Positions 29,686-41,600 of a stretch of DNA of 64,000 bases are shown here, in pieces; position 1 is the first letter of the stretch; each line of letters begins with the position of its first letter. Source of the stretch: a virus. Under the pieces are notes generated by a model, which did not search any database, was not told the origin of the DNA, and worked only from the letters and a program-made list of their open reading frames with translations. The position numbers and the translations under genes were made by a program. The stretch spans positions 1 through 64,000 of the IMG/VR virus record IMGVR_UViG_3300046002_008717, one strand, 5' to 3'.

Positions 29686-30642
29686 GTGAAAAATAATATC
29701 GATAAAAGAACGAGAAATATAGGAGCATATGATAGTGAGGGTAATCTACTATCAATAGCTGAACAAAAAAACAAAAAAAACCTAACCCCTCGACAGGATA
29801 AGAATAGAATAATAGTATCCAAAAATAAAATACCTGAATTAACTAATATACCATATACTAGTTTTGTAACGGGTATCACTGGATCAGGTATATTTAATAT
29901 CGGATTATTAGCTCCCAGATTAGAAATACCTAGAGATTATACACCAACAACCATAGCAGGAACAAACAAGGAAATAATAGATACACCTAATACGTATCTA
30001 TATTTCTTTATTATGTATGATAATCAAAATCTTTCTGGAGGCTTGGAAAGTATATTAAAATCTTACAGCGTCATAAAAACTTTAAGCTATATTACAATTA
30101 AGGATTGTTCAGAAATGTTAAAAATGCATTATACTAATATTGTACCATTAACTAAAGAACAATACGATTTGGATTCATATGAGCATTATACATATACAAA
30201 TGCATCTAATACGCCTTTAATTATTAGATATGCTGAAATCTCCATAATTAAACAAATAACACCGGGAAGACTTGATGATATACCATTGGGATATCCAGAT
30301 TTTGATTCAACCGCAGACGGAGTATTGACAAGAAAAGGCCCATTACCTGCACCGCCTTATACCGATTTTAGCACCGCTACAGGAGCAACTTTTAACGTGA
30401 GTATTATACCAGGGGAAAGTATTTCATTTAAAGATACGACAGTTAAAACACCATGGCAATTTGCACCAACCGGATGGGGCTGGGTATTTGGTCCAACTGC
30501 ATCTCCAACTGGAAGTAATCTACAAAATCCAATTGTTACATACGGGGCTACTGGGATATATACTGTAACATTAACTGCATATAATGCAGCTGGTCAAACA
30601 ACAAAAACGAAAAATAATTTCGTAATAGTAACATCAATTTAA
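29686..30642 (+). CDS. Virion protein with C-terminal PKD domain
   Basis: ISFKDTT...WGWVFG...SNLQNPIVTY...GIYTVTLTAYNAAG; GAATATATA motif upstream at 29656. Confidence 0.7.
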   Translation: MKNNIDKRTRNIGAYDSEGNLLSIAEQKNKKNLTPRQDKNRIIVSKNKIPELTNIPYTSFVTGITGSGIFNIGLLAPRLEIPRDYTPTTIAGTNKEIIDTPNTYLYFFIMYDNQNLSGGLESILKSYSVIKTLSYITIKDCSEMLKMHYTNIVPLTKEQYDLDSYEHYTYTNASNTPLIIRYAEISIIKQITPGRLDDIPLGYPDFDSTADGVLTRKGPLPAPPYTDFSTATGATFNVSIIPGESISFKDTTVKTPWQFAPTGWGWVFGPTASPTGSNLQNPIVTYGATGIYTVTLTAYNAAGQTTKTKNNFVIVTSI

Positions 30643-30645
30643 ATT

Positions 30646-31392
30646 ATGTCAGGATTTTTAGAAAAATATAATACGGACGAAGTTTTTTTAAGACTATTAA
30701 TAGTTTCTATGCTACGATCATTTAACGATAGACTTACTTATATCCAAATTAATGATCAACAGGAAGAACTAGAAATATACGTTCCTTTTTATTTTAGTTT
30801 AAGCGGGGATGAAGCATTTATCCAAGATTTTTACATAGAATATAAAAATTGTACAACCGATGAAATTAAGGCGGAGGGAAATTATGATATCTTGCCAAGA
30901 GGAATAGTATCATATCAATCCAGCGAGATTAACATAGAAGCATTAACTAACAAGTATGTTAGAATGTCATATACAAAAGAGGATAAAACAGGAGAAATGA
31001 AAACATTTTCATCACATGTTAATTCGATACCGCTAGTTGTAACTTTTAATGTTGCCATGAAAACCGACAGTTTACTAGATGCATTTAAATTATATGAGAA
31101 TGTTTTGGTTACTTTTTTCAAAACATATTCATTCAGTTTCGAATATGGTGGAATGCGTATAGTATCACAAATAGGATTCCCAGAATCGTACGAAGTTATA
31201 AAACAGTTAGAATTTACATACGAAGCTCAAGAATTTACCCAATTTAATTTCGTAGTAAGCGTAGAAACATATCTCCCTACTAAAGATTTAACAACAGAAA
31301 GATTCAGAGGCAATCTAATGCAAGGTGGGATTAAAATGGAACCTATCATTCCGCCTCACCCAATAGATAAGACTAATGGGGAAATTCTATAA
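30646..31392 (+). CDS. Tail terminator/sheath stabilizer, T4 gp15-like
   Basis: IYVPFYF, ILPRG, IPLVVTFNV...D...L.E.VL..F pattern and size. Confidence 0.6.
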   Translation: MSGFLEKYNTDEVFLRLLIVSMLRSFNDRLTYIQINDQQEELEIYVPFYFSLSGDEAFIQDFYIEYKNCTTDEIKAEGNYDILPRGIVSYQSSEINIEALTNKYVRMSYTKEDKTGEMKTFSSHVNSIPLVVTFNVAMKTDSLLDAFKLYENVLVTFFKTYSFSFEYGGMRIVSQIGFPESYEVIKQLEFTYEAQEFTQFNFVVSVETYLPTKDLTTERFRGNLMQGGIKMEPIIPPHPIDKTNGEIL

Positions 31393-31516
31393 TCTATTTA
31401 TAATTAATCATTATTAACATTTTATTTTGAATATATAGTATTAAGAAAACTATATAAATATGTGATCCGCGTTTAATGTAAATGCATATTAATACATATA
31501 AAAAAATAAATTATAA

Positions 31517-32290
31517 ATGGGATTTAGAATACAATTAAGAAGAGATACCGCTGCTAAATGGATTACTAATAATTCGATTTTAGCTGATGGGGAAATAGGT
31601 TATGAAACTGATACAACATATGCTAAAATAGGAGATGGTAATACACATTGGGTAGATCTTACGTATTGGAATGCAGGACAAAGTGGTAGCGACTTAACCG
31701 TTAAAAAAATGGGAACGACTATACTATTCCCAACAAAAACCCTTGATTTTTCTAATGAGTTTTCACTGGAACCAAATGGATTAAATAGTGTATTTGTAGA
31801 TTATACAGGAAGTACAGTTAATATATTTGATAGTTTTGGAAATGGAGCTACAGGAGCTACCGGAATGTATTTGAAAGGATCAAAAATTTCATCAGTTGAT
31901 AAATATACAACAATCACGCCAATAACTATTCCATATTTTTATACAGACGTTAGTATAGTTGCCGGATTATTAACTGCTGTTATTAATAGTAAGGGTCCAG
32001 ACGGTTTAGCATTAGATGGGATTGGTTGGAATTATAATCTAAATATAAGTGGTAATAATCTAATAATAACACATAACAGTGGATTACTTCCTATTGGATT
32101 AGCAACACATGCTACCAATGGCAGTAATATTTTTATAAAAAGCCCGGTTGGTATATCATCAACACAATTTTCACTTGCATCAAGTACAGATCATAACCAA
32201 TTTACTATATATGGTATAAATAGTATTAATACTGGTGCATCATTAAATTCAACTGTAAAAATAATATGGACATTTGGTAGCTCTATATAA
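31517..32290 (+). CDS. Fibre-associated protein with Mtd-like N-terminal domain
   Basis: RIQLRRDTAAKW...ILADGEIGYETDT..AKIGDG.THW..L. Confidence 0.75.
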   Translation: MGFRIQLRRDTAAKWITNNSILADGEIGYETDTTYAKIGDGNTHWVDLTYWNAGQSGSDLTVKKMGTTILFPTKTLDFSNEFSLEPNGLNSVFVDYTGSTVNIFDSFGNGATGATGMYLKGSKISSVDKYTTITPITIPYFYTDVSIVAGLLTAVINSKGPDGLALDGIGWNYNLNISGNNLIITHNSGLLPIGLATHATNGSNIFIKSPVGISSTQFSLASSTDHNQFTIYGINSINTGASLNSTVKIIWTFGSSI

Positions 32291-32313
32291 TATTAAAAAA
32301 ATTATCCATAATT

Positions 32314-35300
32314 ATGAATTTTAATAATTCACTTATATTTCCTCCAAAACTTTTTCTTGGTATAATATTACCAAATCAAACTACAGTGGTTGGAACTTAT
32401 TCAGATCCAACTAATCCGTATAACGGCTTTCCGTATAGATGGAGCATAGTTTTAAATATAGATATACAACAACATTCTAATCCAAATACACCAACCCCTT
32501 ATTTATATGATGTAAATGATATAATAGTTGGTATGTGGATAGGACAAACTAATGGTAATTCATTTAAAATAGTTGGAATAACATCAACTCTTGGATCAGA
32601 AGAAATAACATTAATAATAGAGGATACTGATTTTATGAATCTGATATCATCACCAGATCAAATAGGAACCAATGGGCCATTAGAATCGTCACCTACAGTA
32701 ATTTTTAATTTAAATGATTTAGGTGAACCTATATTTGATCCATTACAGAATCAAAGCAGTCAATTACCAATTTATAGTTATTGGGTAAATGATTTAGAAT
32801 CAAGATTTAGATTTAGAAATTATTATCAAAGTTTTTTCTATATAGATCCAGGTAGCAATACTAGTGGAATCACTGGTGGAGATCCAGTATATCTTTCTCC
32901 CGAATCTACCTTTATAAAAGTGGATTCAACATCACAAGATGATATAGATAAGCTTTTTGGTTATGCATCTAGCGGAAATCTTCCATATCCAGGACATCTT
33001 ACAGTTACCCCATCCGGTAGATATATGAGTGATCTTGTAGATCTAATAGGACCAACTGGTAGCGTATTATATTTAGATACTACTATAACAGGAACTAATA
33101 ATTTAAATTATATCAAACCTGCAACCGGACCAATTAAACCAGTTTATATAAAAATAGATAACAATAGTGCTATACTTATAAGTTCATCAAGTTCTGCATC
33201 AAGCGGGGGTGGAGTAGGAAGCGGTACATCAGGAACTAGTGGATCAAGTACAGGTATACCTGGAGATAATGGTACATCAGGGACAAGTGGAACTTCTGGT
33301 TTATCTGGAACTAGGGGAACCTCAGGTTCATCGGGTTCATCAGGAACTAGCGGAACTAAAGGAACCTCAGGTTCATCAGGAACCTCAGGTATAAATGGAA
33401 CTAATGGTTTATCCGGAACTAGTGGTATAAATGGAACAAGCGGAACTTCTGGAACTAGTGGTATAAACGGAACTAGCGGAACTGCAGGAACTAGCGGTAA
33501 TGATGGAACTAGTGGAACTTCTGGTTTATCAGGAACTAGCGGTATAAGCGGAACTTCAGGAACTAGTGGAGATTCGGGTTCATCTGGAACTTCTGGAACT
33601 AGTGGAGATTCGGGTTCATCTGGAACTTCTGGAACTAGTGGAACTTCTGGAACTAGTGGAACTTCTGGTGCTACCGGAACTAGTGGAACTTCTGGTGCTA
33701 CCGGAACTAGTGGAACTTCTGGTAATAACGGAACTAGTGGAACTTCGGGTTCATCAGGAACTAGCGGAACTTCTGGTAATAACGGAACTAGTGGAACCTC
33801 GGGTTCATCAGGAACTAGCGGAACTTCTGGTAATAACGGAACTAGTGGAACTTCTGGTAATAACGGAACTAGTGGAACTTCCGGTATAAACGGAACTTCA
33901 GGAACTAGTGGTGTTAATGGAACAAGTGGAACTTCTGGTTCATCCGGAACTAGCGGTAATAACGGAACTAATGGAACTTCTGGTTCATCAGGAACCTCCG
34001 GTGTTAACGGAACTAGTGGAACTTCAGGAACAAGTGGTAATAACGGAACAAGTGGAACTTCAGGAACTAGTGGTTCATCAGGAACTAGCGGAACTTCAGG
34101 AACTAGTGGTTCATCAGGAACTAGTGGAACTTCAGGAATTAGTGGTTCATCAGGAACTAGTGGAACTTCTGGAATTAGTGGTTCATCAGGAACTAGTGGT
34201 AATAATGGAACAAACGGTCTTTCTGGTGATAAATATGCAACTATATCAACTACAACATTAACCATAGCTACCGGAGTTCAATCATTAACAGTAGGATTAG
34301 GATTAGCATATACAACAGGACAATCATTAGTTATTGCAAATACTTCAATTAATAGAATGGAGGGTACTGTTGGAACATACAATCCTATTGATGGGGCATT
34401 AGTGGGGAACATTACTGTTATTTTTGGATCAGGAACATTTTCAGCATGGGAAGTCAATCTAGGAGGTGCACAGGGTGCAGACGGAAGTAGCGGTATTTCT
34501 GGTTCATCCGGAACTAGTGGAACTTCAGGCACTTCCGGTGCTAACGGAACTAGTGGAACTTCGGGTTCATCTGGAACTAGTGGAACTTCAGGCACTTCTG
34601 GTGCTAATGGAACTAGTGGAACTTCAGGCACTTCTGGTGCTAATGGAACTAGTGGAACTTCAGGCACTTCTGGTGCTAACGGAACTAGTGGAACTTCTGG
34701 CTCAGCAGGAACTTCTGGTTCAGCAGGTTCAGCAGGAACTTCTGGTTCAGCAGGTTCATCAGGAACTTCTGGTTCAGCAGGTTCATCTGGAACTTCTGGT
34801 TCATCTGGAACTTCTGGTTCATCTGGTTCTAGTGGTTCATCAGGTTCATCTGGAACTTCTGGTTCATCTGGAACTTCTGGTTCATCTGGTACTAGTGGTT
34901 CATCAGGTTCATCAGGTTCATCAGGTTCATCAGGTTCATCAGGAACTTCAGGAACTTCTGGTACTAGTGGAACATCAGGTTCGTCTGGTACTAGTGGAAC
35001 ATCACCTATTTTTCAACGTATTACAGTTGCCGATGCTGATTATACAATAAGTGGTAGTAATAATCAAATAATAGTATACACTTCAATTACAGCAAGAAGA
35101 GTAGTTACTTTGCCTGCTATCTCTACTATTGGCCAAGTTATACAAATTTTAGATGAGAGTGGTTCATTTAATACAACTAAAAGAGTTAGAGTAGAAAGAG
35201 CAGGTGCAGATACAATAGAAGGTGATAGCTATAATATACAGATATCACCATATTCTTCTGCTAGCTATACAAGTGATGGAGTTAGTAGATGGAGTATTTC

Positions 35301-37131
35301 GGGTAGACATCCTAGATTATCATCTGGTAATATATTGCTATCAACATTCACTGATTTAGGAACAGGATCTGTTACTTTAGGAAATAATGGATTATATAAT
35401 TTATTCACGAATATAAGTGGATTAGGTAATATAAGAACCTATGAAATTAATGGCGGTACATTTTCTCTAGTAGATGCTGCAACGAATTATATAGTCAGTG
35501 ATTATAATGGGGGTTCACCTATAATAAGATTAACTACAGATGTTACCATAATAGATGAGACTACTATATGCCCAATATACACCATATATAGATCAGGTAT
35601 AGAATTACATATAATCGATTGGGACCAATTAGGGCTTGCTCTCGTTAATAAACTACATCAATCTATAGTAAAAACACAAAGATATAGATTAGAATCTGGT
35701 TTAGGTGTAGGTGAAGTTGCCACAAGAAGAATTACTGTTGGCGGTGGAATTGTATGGATCGGAGCAAATAAATTCGCATTAGGTCCTTTTAATTCAACCA
35801 CTGACACAACTCATTTGGCATATCATGTTGGAGGCGTATGGACATATTCAGCAATCACGCAATATAATAATACACAATATGATAACGGAACAGATTTAGT
35901 TTCAGTATCACCTAATAAATATGCAGTAAATTACATATACAGAGGAGTTGAAATTGATAGTGAATGCTATGTAGTTTTAGGAGGTGGAAACTATACATTA
36001 ATAGAAGCACATGGTAGTACACCACCTATAAATTTACCAGAACTAATAACAAGCCATGCTGTGTTAGTTGGTAGAATAGTAGTAGAACAGGGTACAGATA
36101 CAGCACAACAAATAGATAGTGCATTTAGTGAAACTTTTGTAATTTCGTCAACTGCTATACATAATGATTTAAGTGGAATCCAAGGGGGTACTGGTGGAGA
36201 ATATTATCACCTACCATTAAACGTTTATAATAATGTTATTGCAAACGGTGGAATAGGAACACCAGGAACTTCAGGAACTAGTGGTTCATCAGGAACATCT
36301 GGTGCTAATGGAACTAGTGGAACATCAGGAACATCAGGAACTAGTGGTATAAATGGAACTAGTGGTTCATCAGGAACTTCAGGTATAAATGGAACTAGTG
36401 GTTCATCAGGAACTTCAGGTATAAATGGAACATCAGGAACTAGTGGTTCATCGGGTACATCTGGTGCTAATGGAACTTCGGGAACTAGTGGTTCATCAGG
36501 AACATCTGGTGCTAATGGAACTTCGGGAACTAGTGGTATAAATGGAACTAGTGGTTCATCGGGAACATCTGGTGCTAATGGAACTTCGGGAACTAGTGGT
36601 TCATCAGGAACATCTGGTGCTAATGGAACTTCGGGAACTAGTGGTTCATCGGGTACTTCGGGTGCTAATGGAACTTCTGGAACTAGCGGTTCATCAGGAA
36701 CATCTGGTGCTAATGGAACATCAGGAACTAGTGGTATAAACGGAACTAGTGGAACATCGGGAGCTAATGGAACTTCTGGAACAGCAGGAAGTAGTGGAAT
36801 ACAAGGAACTAGTGGTACAAGTGGAACTGCCCCATATAAATCATATATAATGACCACCGGAGCAACATATACATTTACCGATTTTAATACAGTGAATACA
36901 TTATCATTAAATAAAACTGTAAGTTCATCAACAACAGTTACTTTAAATCAAAGCCCTGTATTGAATGATTTCTATATAGTAAAAGATAGAAAGGGTGATT
37001 CAGTATTAAATCCAATTACAGTAGATGGAGGGATATATAATATAGATGGTAATGCAACTATTACAATATCTCAATCAAATAAGCCATCCCTAACATTTAT
37101 GTTCGAGGGTGAAGAATACATAATAATATAA
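32314..37131 (+). CDS. Long virion fibre with three Gly-Thr/Ser-Ser triplet arrays
   Basis: 1605 aa; GTS/GSS/GIN/GAN arrays separated by globular domains; C-terminal YIVKDRKG...NPITV..G...IDG fibre module. Confidence 0.8.
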   Translation: MNFNNSLIFPPKLFLGIILPNQTTVVGTYSDPTNPYNGFPYRWSIVLNIDIQQHSNPNTPTPYLYDVNDIIVGMWIGQTNGNSFKIVGITSTLGSEEITLIIEDTDFMNLISSPDQIGTNGPLESSPTVIFNLNDLGEPIFDPLQNQSSQLPIYSYWVNDLESRFRFRNYYQSFFYIDPGSNTSGITGGDPVYLSPESTFIKVDSTSQDDIDKLFGYASSGNLPYPGHLTVTPSGRYMSDLVDLIGPTGSVLYLDTTITGTNNLNYIKPATGPIKPVYIKIDNNSAILISSSSSASSGGGVGSGTSGTSGSSTGIPGDNGTSGTSGTSGLSGTRGTSGSSGSSGTSGTKGTSGSSGTSGINGTNGLSGTSGINGTSGTSGTSGINGTSGTAGTSGNDGTSGTSGLSGTSGISGTSGTSGDSGSSGTSGTSGDSGSSGTSGTSGTSGTSGTSGATGTSGTSGATGTSGTSGNNGTSGTSGSSGTSGTSGNNGTSGTSGSSGTSGTSGNNGTSGTSGNNGTSGTSGINGTSGTSGVNGTSGTSGSSGTSGNNGTNGTSGSSGTSGVNGTSGTSGTSGNNGTSGTSGTSGSSGTSGTSGTSGSSGTSGTSGISGSSGTSGTSGISGSSGTSGNNGTNGLSGDKYATISTTTLTIATGVQSLTVGLGLAYTTGQSLVIANTSINRMEGTVGTYNPIDGALVGNITVIFGSGTFSAWEVNLGGAQGADGSSGISGSSGTSGTSGTSGANGTSGTSGSSGTSGTSGTSGANGTSGTSGTSGANGTSGTSGTSGANGTSGTSGSAGTSGSAGSAGTSGSAGSSGTSGSAGSSGTSGSSGTSGSSGSSGSSGSSGTSGSSGTSGSSGTSGSSGSSGSSGSSGSSGTSGTSGTSGTSGSSGTSGTSPIFQRITVADADYTISGSNNQIIVYTSITARRVVTLPAISTIGQVIQILDESGSFNTTKRVRVERAGADTIEGDSYNIQISPYSSASYTSDGVSRWSISGRHPRLSSGNILLSTFTDLGTGSVTLGNNGLYNLFTNISGLGNIRTYEINGGTFSLVDAATNYIVSDYNGGSPIIRLTTDVTIIDETTICPIYTIYRSGIELHIIDWDQLGLALVNKLHQSIVKTQRYRLESGLGVGEVATRRITVGGGIVWIGANKFALGPFNSTTDTTHLAYHVGGVWTYSAITQYNNTQYDNGTDLVSVSPNKYAVNYIYRGVEIDSECYVVLGGGNYTLIEAHGSTPPINLPELITSHAVLVGRIVVEQGTDTAQQIDSAFSETFVISSTAIHNDLSGIQGGTGGEYYHLPLNVYNNVIANGGIGTPGTSGTSGSSGTSGANGTSGTSGTSGTSGINGTSGSSGTSGINGTSGSSGTSGINGTSGTSGSSGTSGANGTSGTSGSSGTSGANGTSGTSGINGTSGSSGTSGANGTSGTSGSSGTSGANGTSGTSGSSGTSGANGTSGTSGSSGTSGANGTSGTSGINGTSGTSGANGTSGTAGSSGIQGTSGTSGTAPYKSYIMTTGATYTFTDFNTVNTLSLNKTVSSSTTVTLNQSPVLNDFYIVKDRKGDSVLNPITVDGGIYNIDGNATITISQSNKPSLTFMFEGEEYIII
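33217..34227 (+). repeat. 9-nt-period array (ggaactagt/ggaacttct/ggttcatca) encoding G-X-Y
   Basis: Directly visible; boundaries approximate. Confidence 0.9.
34465..35004 (+). repeat. 9-nt-period G-X-Y array
   Basis: Directly visible; boundaries approximate. Confidence 0.9.
36256..36829 (+). repeat. 9-nt-period G-X-Y array
   Basis: Directly visible; boundaries approximate. Confidence 0.9.
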
Positions 37132-37134
37132 ATC

Positions 37135-38376
37135 ATGAGTTACATTTTAAATAACGAGGTAAGATTTTCAGATTCTCCTAACATAGATGCATTCGGTAGA
37201 CTAAGAACTTCAGAACCATATAATCTATTTAATAGTACATCAGTTATAACCGATGGTAGCATTGGATACGAAACGGTATTGGGTGGTGGTGCTACTACTA
37301 CATATAATCAATCTAAATCAGAGGTTCAATTTAATGTTACTGGTGGTACAGGAAGTATATGTAGGGAACAACATGGCTACAATTATTATCAACCGGGTAA
37401 ATCACAGTTGGTATTATTGACAGGTATATTTGGAGCTACTGTTTCTGATGTTACTAAAAGAATGGGATATTATAACAATGATGATGGATTATTTTTTGAA
37501 CTTGGTGCAACAGGAGCATTTGGAGTAACTCTTAGAACTAGTACAAGTGGTACACCAGTTAATATTTTTTATGAACAATCCACATGGAATATAGATACTT
37601 TAATTATCGGCAATCCATTAAATCCAAGTGGTATACATTTAGATGTATCAAAAACAAATATTTTTATTATAAATTTCCAATGGCTCGGTGTGGGTAGGAT
37701 CGTTTTTGGATTAGATCTTAATGGTATTATAATTCCGATACATCAAATTCTAAATGCTAATAATAAGACTGAGGTTTATATGAAGACCGGTAACTTACCC
37801 GTAAGATACGAGGTTATTTCCAGTGGTGGGACAGATTCAACATTTAAACAAATATGTGCAGCGGTCATCTCTGAAGGGGGTCAAGATGATTTTGGGTTTC
37901 TACATACTGTGAGTAATGCATTATCAACAAGAACATTTTCAACCAGACAATCTGTAATATCTGTTAGATTATCAAATAGTTTTTTTAGCCAAGCTAATAG
38001 AGTAAAAGCTCGTCCTTATAATTTCGAATTAGTTACAACAACTGCAACAGTAAATGCTTATTGGGAATTAGTTTTACAGAGGGGATATAGTGGTGAAAAT
38101 AGTTTGGGTGGTGCTCCTACATGGTTGGGACTAACAGGTTCTCCTTTTGACTATACAGTAACAGGCACAACTGTTACAGGTGGGACTATTATAGATTCAG
38201 GATTTATAAAAACATCATCACAAACCGGGGAGAGCGTATCAAGTGTAATAGTAGATCCTAAAATTTTTATGAGTATGGATAAATCAGGTACGATATCAGA
38301 CTGGTTACATTTAGTTATAACTCCTAGTACAAGTTCATCTTGGGCAGGTAAATTAACATTAAGAGGTGAGTATTAA
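37135..38376 (+). CDS. Virion structural protein (beta-rich, possibly lectin-like)
   Basis: DAFGRLRTSEP, YQPGKS, FQWLGVGRI, LPVRYE; sits between the two fibre genes. Confidence 0.6.
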   Translation: MSYILNNEVRFSDSPNIDAFGRLRTSEPYNLFNSTSVITDGSIGYETVLGGGATTTYNQSKSEVQFNVTGGTGSICREQHGYNYYQPGKSQLVLLTGIFGATVSDVTKRMGYYNNDDGLFFELGATGAFGVTLRTSTSGTPVNIFYEQSTWNIDTLIIGNPLNPSGIHLDVSKTNIFIINFQWLGVGRIVFGLDLNGIIIPIHQILNANNKTEVYMKTGNLPVRYEVISSGGTDSTFKQICAAVISEGGQDDFGFLHTVSNALSTRTFSTRQSVISVRLSNSFFSQANRVKARPYNFELVTTTATVNAYWELVLQRGYSGENSLGGAPTWLGLTGSPFDYTVTGTTVTGGTIIDSGFIKTSSQTGESVSSVIVDPKIFMSMDKSGTISDWLHLVITPSTSSSWAGKLTLRGEY

Positions 38377-38377
38377 T

Positions 38378-38620
38378 ATGAATAAATTTTCATATAACTA
38401 TAATGCCGATATACAACCCGAGGATATACATAATGATATATATAGCAAATTGAAGATATATGCAATTAATATAACATATAATATAGCTAATAATGATCTT
38501 GAAATAATATTCGATTTTAAATTAAATAGTGGACAAAGTAATATATTAGATAATATAATAAGATCACACCCCAAAAAAAAATTAAAAGAGATAATAAATT
38601 TTTACAAAATTAATAATTAA
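38378..38620 (+). CDS. Stand-alone paralog of the N-terminal domain of the next fibre
   Basis: FSYNYNADIQPEDIHNDIY...DLEIIFDFKL...Q..IL aligns with FSYFYNLAVQPENLYNNIF...DIEIVFDFSL...Q..IL. Confidence 0.7.
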   Translation: MNKFSYNYNADIQPEDIHNDIYSKLKIYAINITYNIANNDLEIIFDFKLNSGQSNILDNIIRSHPKKKLKEIINFYKINN

Positions 38621-38622
38621 AC

Positions 38623-41600
38623 ATGGCAAATTTTTCATATTTTTATAATTTAGCAGTACAACCTGAAAATTTGTATAATAATATTTTTACAAATCTTACT
38701 GTATATCCGACTAAGTTATATTATGATTTAATGACATTTGATATTGAAATAGTATTTGACTTTTCATTATCTGCTCCACAGCAGGTAATATTAGAGGATA
38801 CTGTTAATAATAGTCCTCCAAAAGATCCAAATGATGCGATATTTTCAGGTGTTATTGCAAATACTTATAATAAAGTAACAATAACACAACCTGCTAATAA
38901 TGCTAGTTTAACTATAAGCGACGGTAAAACACTTTCAGTACCATTAGATGCTTGGGTTTCCAATACAAATACAGGGGATCAAGATTCTACTACTTTATAC
39001 CTAGCAGGATTAACAGGATCTACATATTCAAGTCTTCAAGATTTACAAAATTTATTTCATTCAACCGGCTGGATAAACGGAGGTGATATCACTGATGCAG
39101 GTTCTGGTTTAATAACAGTAACAGGTGGACAGGGTGCGATACGAGGAATAGATAGTGAATTAGCTATTATATATTTTAGTGATTTTCCTGCATCAAGTCC
39201 TTCCGATGTTATATTAACGGATCTTAGTGATAATTATATTTATGTTGAGTATAATGCGGGTTCACCTAGAATCGTTGCTACTGATATTGCCAGAAATGAT
39301 AATAATACAAATTTTTTATTAGGTATTGTTTATAGAAATGCTTCCGTATTAAATGTTAATCAGGGAATTAGATTCGGGGTAAAAGATAAAAACCACGAAA
39401 GTTTGATTGGTTTACAAGGAGGTACTGCTGGAGAACATATTCATTTAACTGCAGCAGAATATGCATTAATAGGAATAGGAGGAACTAGTGGAACATCAGG
39501 TTCATCAGGAACCTCCGGAACTAGTGGTTCATCAGGAACTTCTGGTGCTAATGGAACTAGTGGTTCATCAGGAACTTCTGGAACATCAGGTTCATCAGGA
39601 ACTTCTGGTGCTAATGGAACTAGTGGAACATCAGGTTCATCAGGAACTAGTGGTGCTAATGGAACTAGTGGAACATCAGGTTCATCAGGAACTTCTGGTG
39701 CTAATGGAACTAGTGGAACATCAGGTTCATCAGGAACTTCTGGTGCTAATGGAACTAGTGGTTCATCAGGAACTTCTGGAACATCAGGTTCATCAGGAAC
39801 TAGTGGTGCTAATGGAACTAGTGGAACATCAGGTTCATCAGGAACTAGTGGTGCTAATGGAACTAGTGGTGCTAATGGAACTAGTGGAACTTCTGGAACA
39901 TCAGGAACTAGTGGTGCTAATGGAACTAGTGGAACTTCAGGTTCATCAGGAACTTCAGGTGCTAATGGAACTAGCGGTTCATCAGGAACTTCAGGTGCTA
40001 ATGGAACTAGTGGAACTTCAGGTTCATCAGGAACTTCAGGTGCTAATGGAACTAGCGGTTCATCAGGAACTTCAGGTGCTAATGGAACTAGCGGTTCATC
40101 AGGAACTTCAGGAACTTCAGGAACTAGTGGTGCTAATGGAACTAGTGGAACATCAGGTTCATCAGGAACTTCAGGAACATCGGGTGCTAATGGAACATCA
40201 GGAACATCGGGTGCTAATGGAACATCAGGTTCATCTGGAACTAGTGGAACATCGGGTGCTAATGGAACTAGTGGAACATCAGGTTTATCTGGAACTAGTG
40301 GAACTTCAGGTATAAATGGAACTAGTGGAACATCAGGTTTATCTGGAACTAGTGGAACTTCAGGTATAAATGGAACTAGTGGTTCATCAGGAACTAGTGG
40401 TCTTCCAGGTGATAAATATGCAACTACATCAACTACATCATTAACCATAGCTACAGGAGCTCAATCTTTAACAGTAGGATTAGGATTAGCATATACAACA
40501 GGGCAATCATTAGTTATTGCAAACACATCAGTTAATAGAATGGAGGGTACTGTTGGAACATATAATCCAACGAATGGGTCATTAACTGGAACCATCACTG
40601 TTATTTTTGGATCTGGTACATTTTCATCATGGGAAGTTAATTTAGGCGGTGCTCAGGGAGCAGATGGAAGTAGCGGTATTTCTGGTTCATCTGGAACTTC
40701 TGGTTCATCTGGAACTTCTGGTGCTAATGGAACATCAGGAACTAGTGGTACATCAGGAACTAGTGGTATTAATGGAACTAGTGGTTCGTCAGGTACTAGT
40801 GGTTTATCAGGTACTAGTGGTTCATCAGGTACTAGTGGTATTAATGGAACTAGTGGTTCATCAGGTACTAGTGGTTCATCAGGAACCAGTGGTATTAGTG
40901 GAACATCAGGAACTTCGGGTGCTAATGGAACATCAGGAACTAGTGGTATTAATGGAACTAGTGGTTCATCAGGAACTTCAGGTGCTAATGGAACATCAGG
41001 AACTAGTGGTATTAATGGAACATCAGGAACTAGTGGTATTAATGGAACTAGTGGAACATCAGGAACTAGTGGTATTAATGGAACTAGTGGTTCATCAGGA
41101 ACTTCAGGTGCTAATGGAACATCAGGAACTAGTGGAACATCAGGAACTAGTGGTATTAATGGAACCAGCGGAACATCAGGAACTTCAGGTGCTAATGGAA
41201 CATCAGGAACTAGTGGTATTAATGGAACTAGCGGAACATCTGGTTTAACGGGAACATCAGGAACATCTGGTTTAACCGGAACATCAGGAACCTCTGGTTT
41301 AACAGGAACATCAGGAACCTCTGGTTTAACAGGAACATCAGGAACCTCTGGTTTAACAGGAACCTCTGGTTCTAGTGGAACTTCTGGATTAACAGGAACA
41401 TCTGGTTCTAGTGGAACTTCTGGATTAACAGGAACTAGTGGAACATCAGGAACTAGTGGTCTTAATGGAACATCAGGAACTAGTGGTCTTAATGGAACAT
41501 CTGGAACTAGTGGTCTTAATGGAACATCTGGAACTAGTGGTTTAACAGGAACTTCCGGAACTAGTGGTTTAACAGGAACTTCTGGAACTAGTGGTTTAAC

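Noticed and set aside
33144-41248. Long antisense (VPEVPL...) and alternate-frame (ELVELL/HQEL...) ORFs over the fibre genes
   Set aside because: Stop-free shadows of the 9-nt G-T-S repeat, with no independent starts or signals
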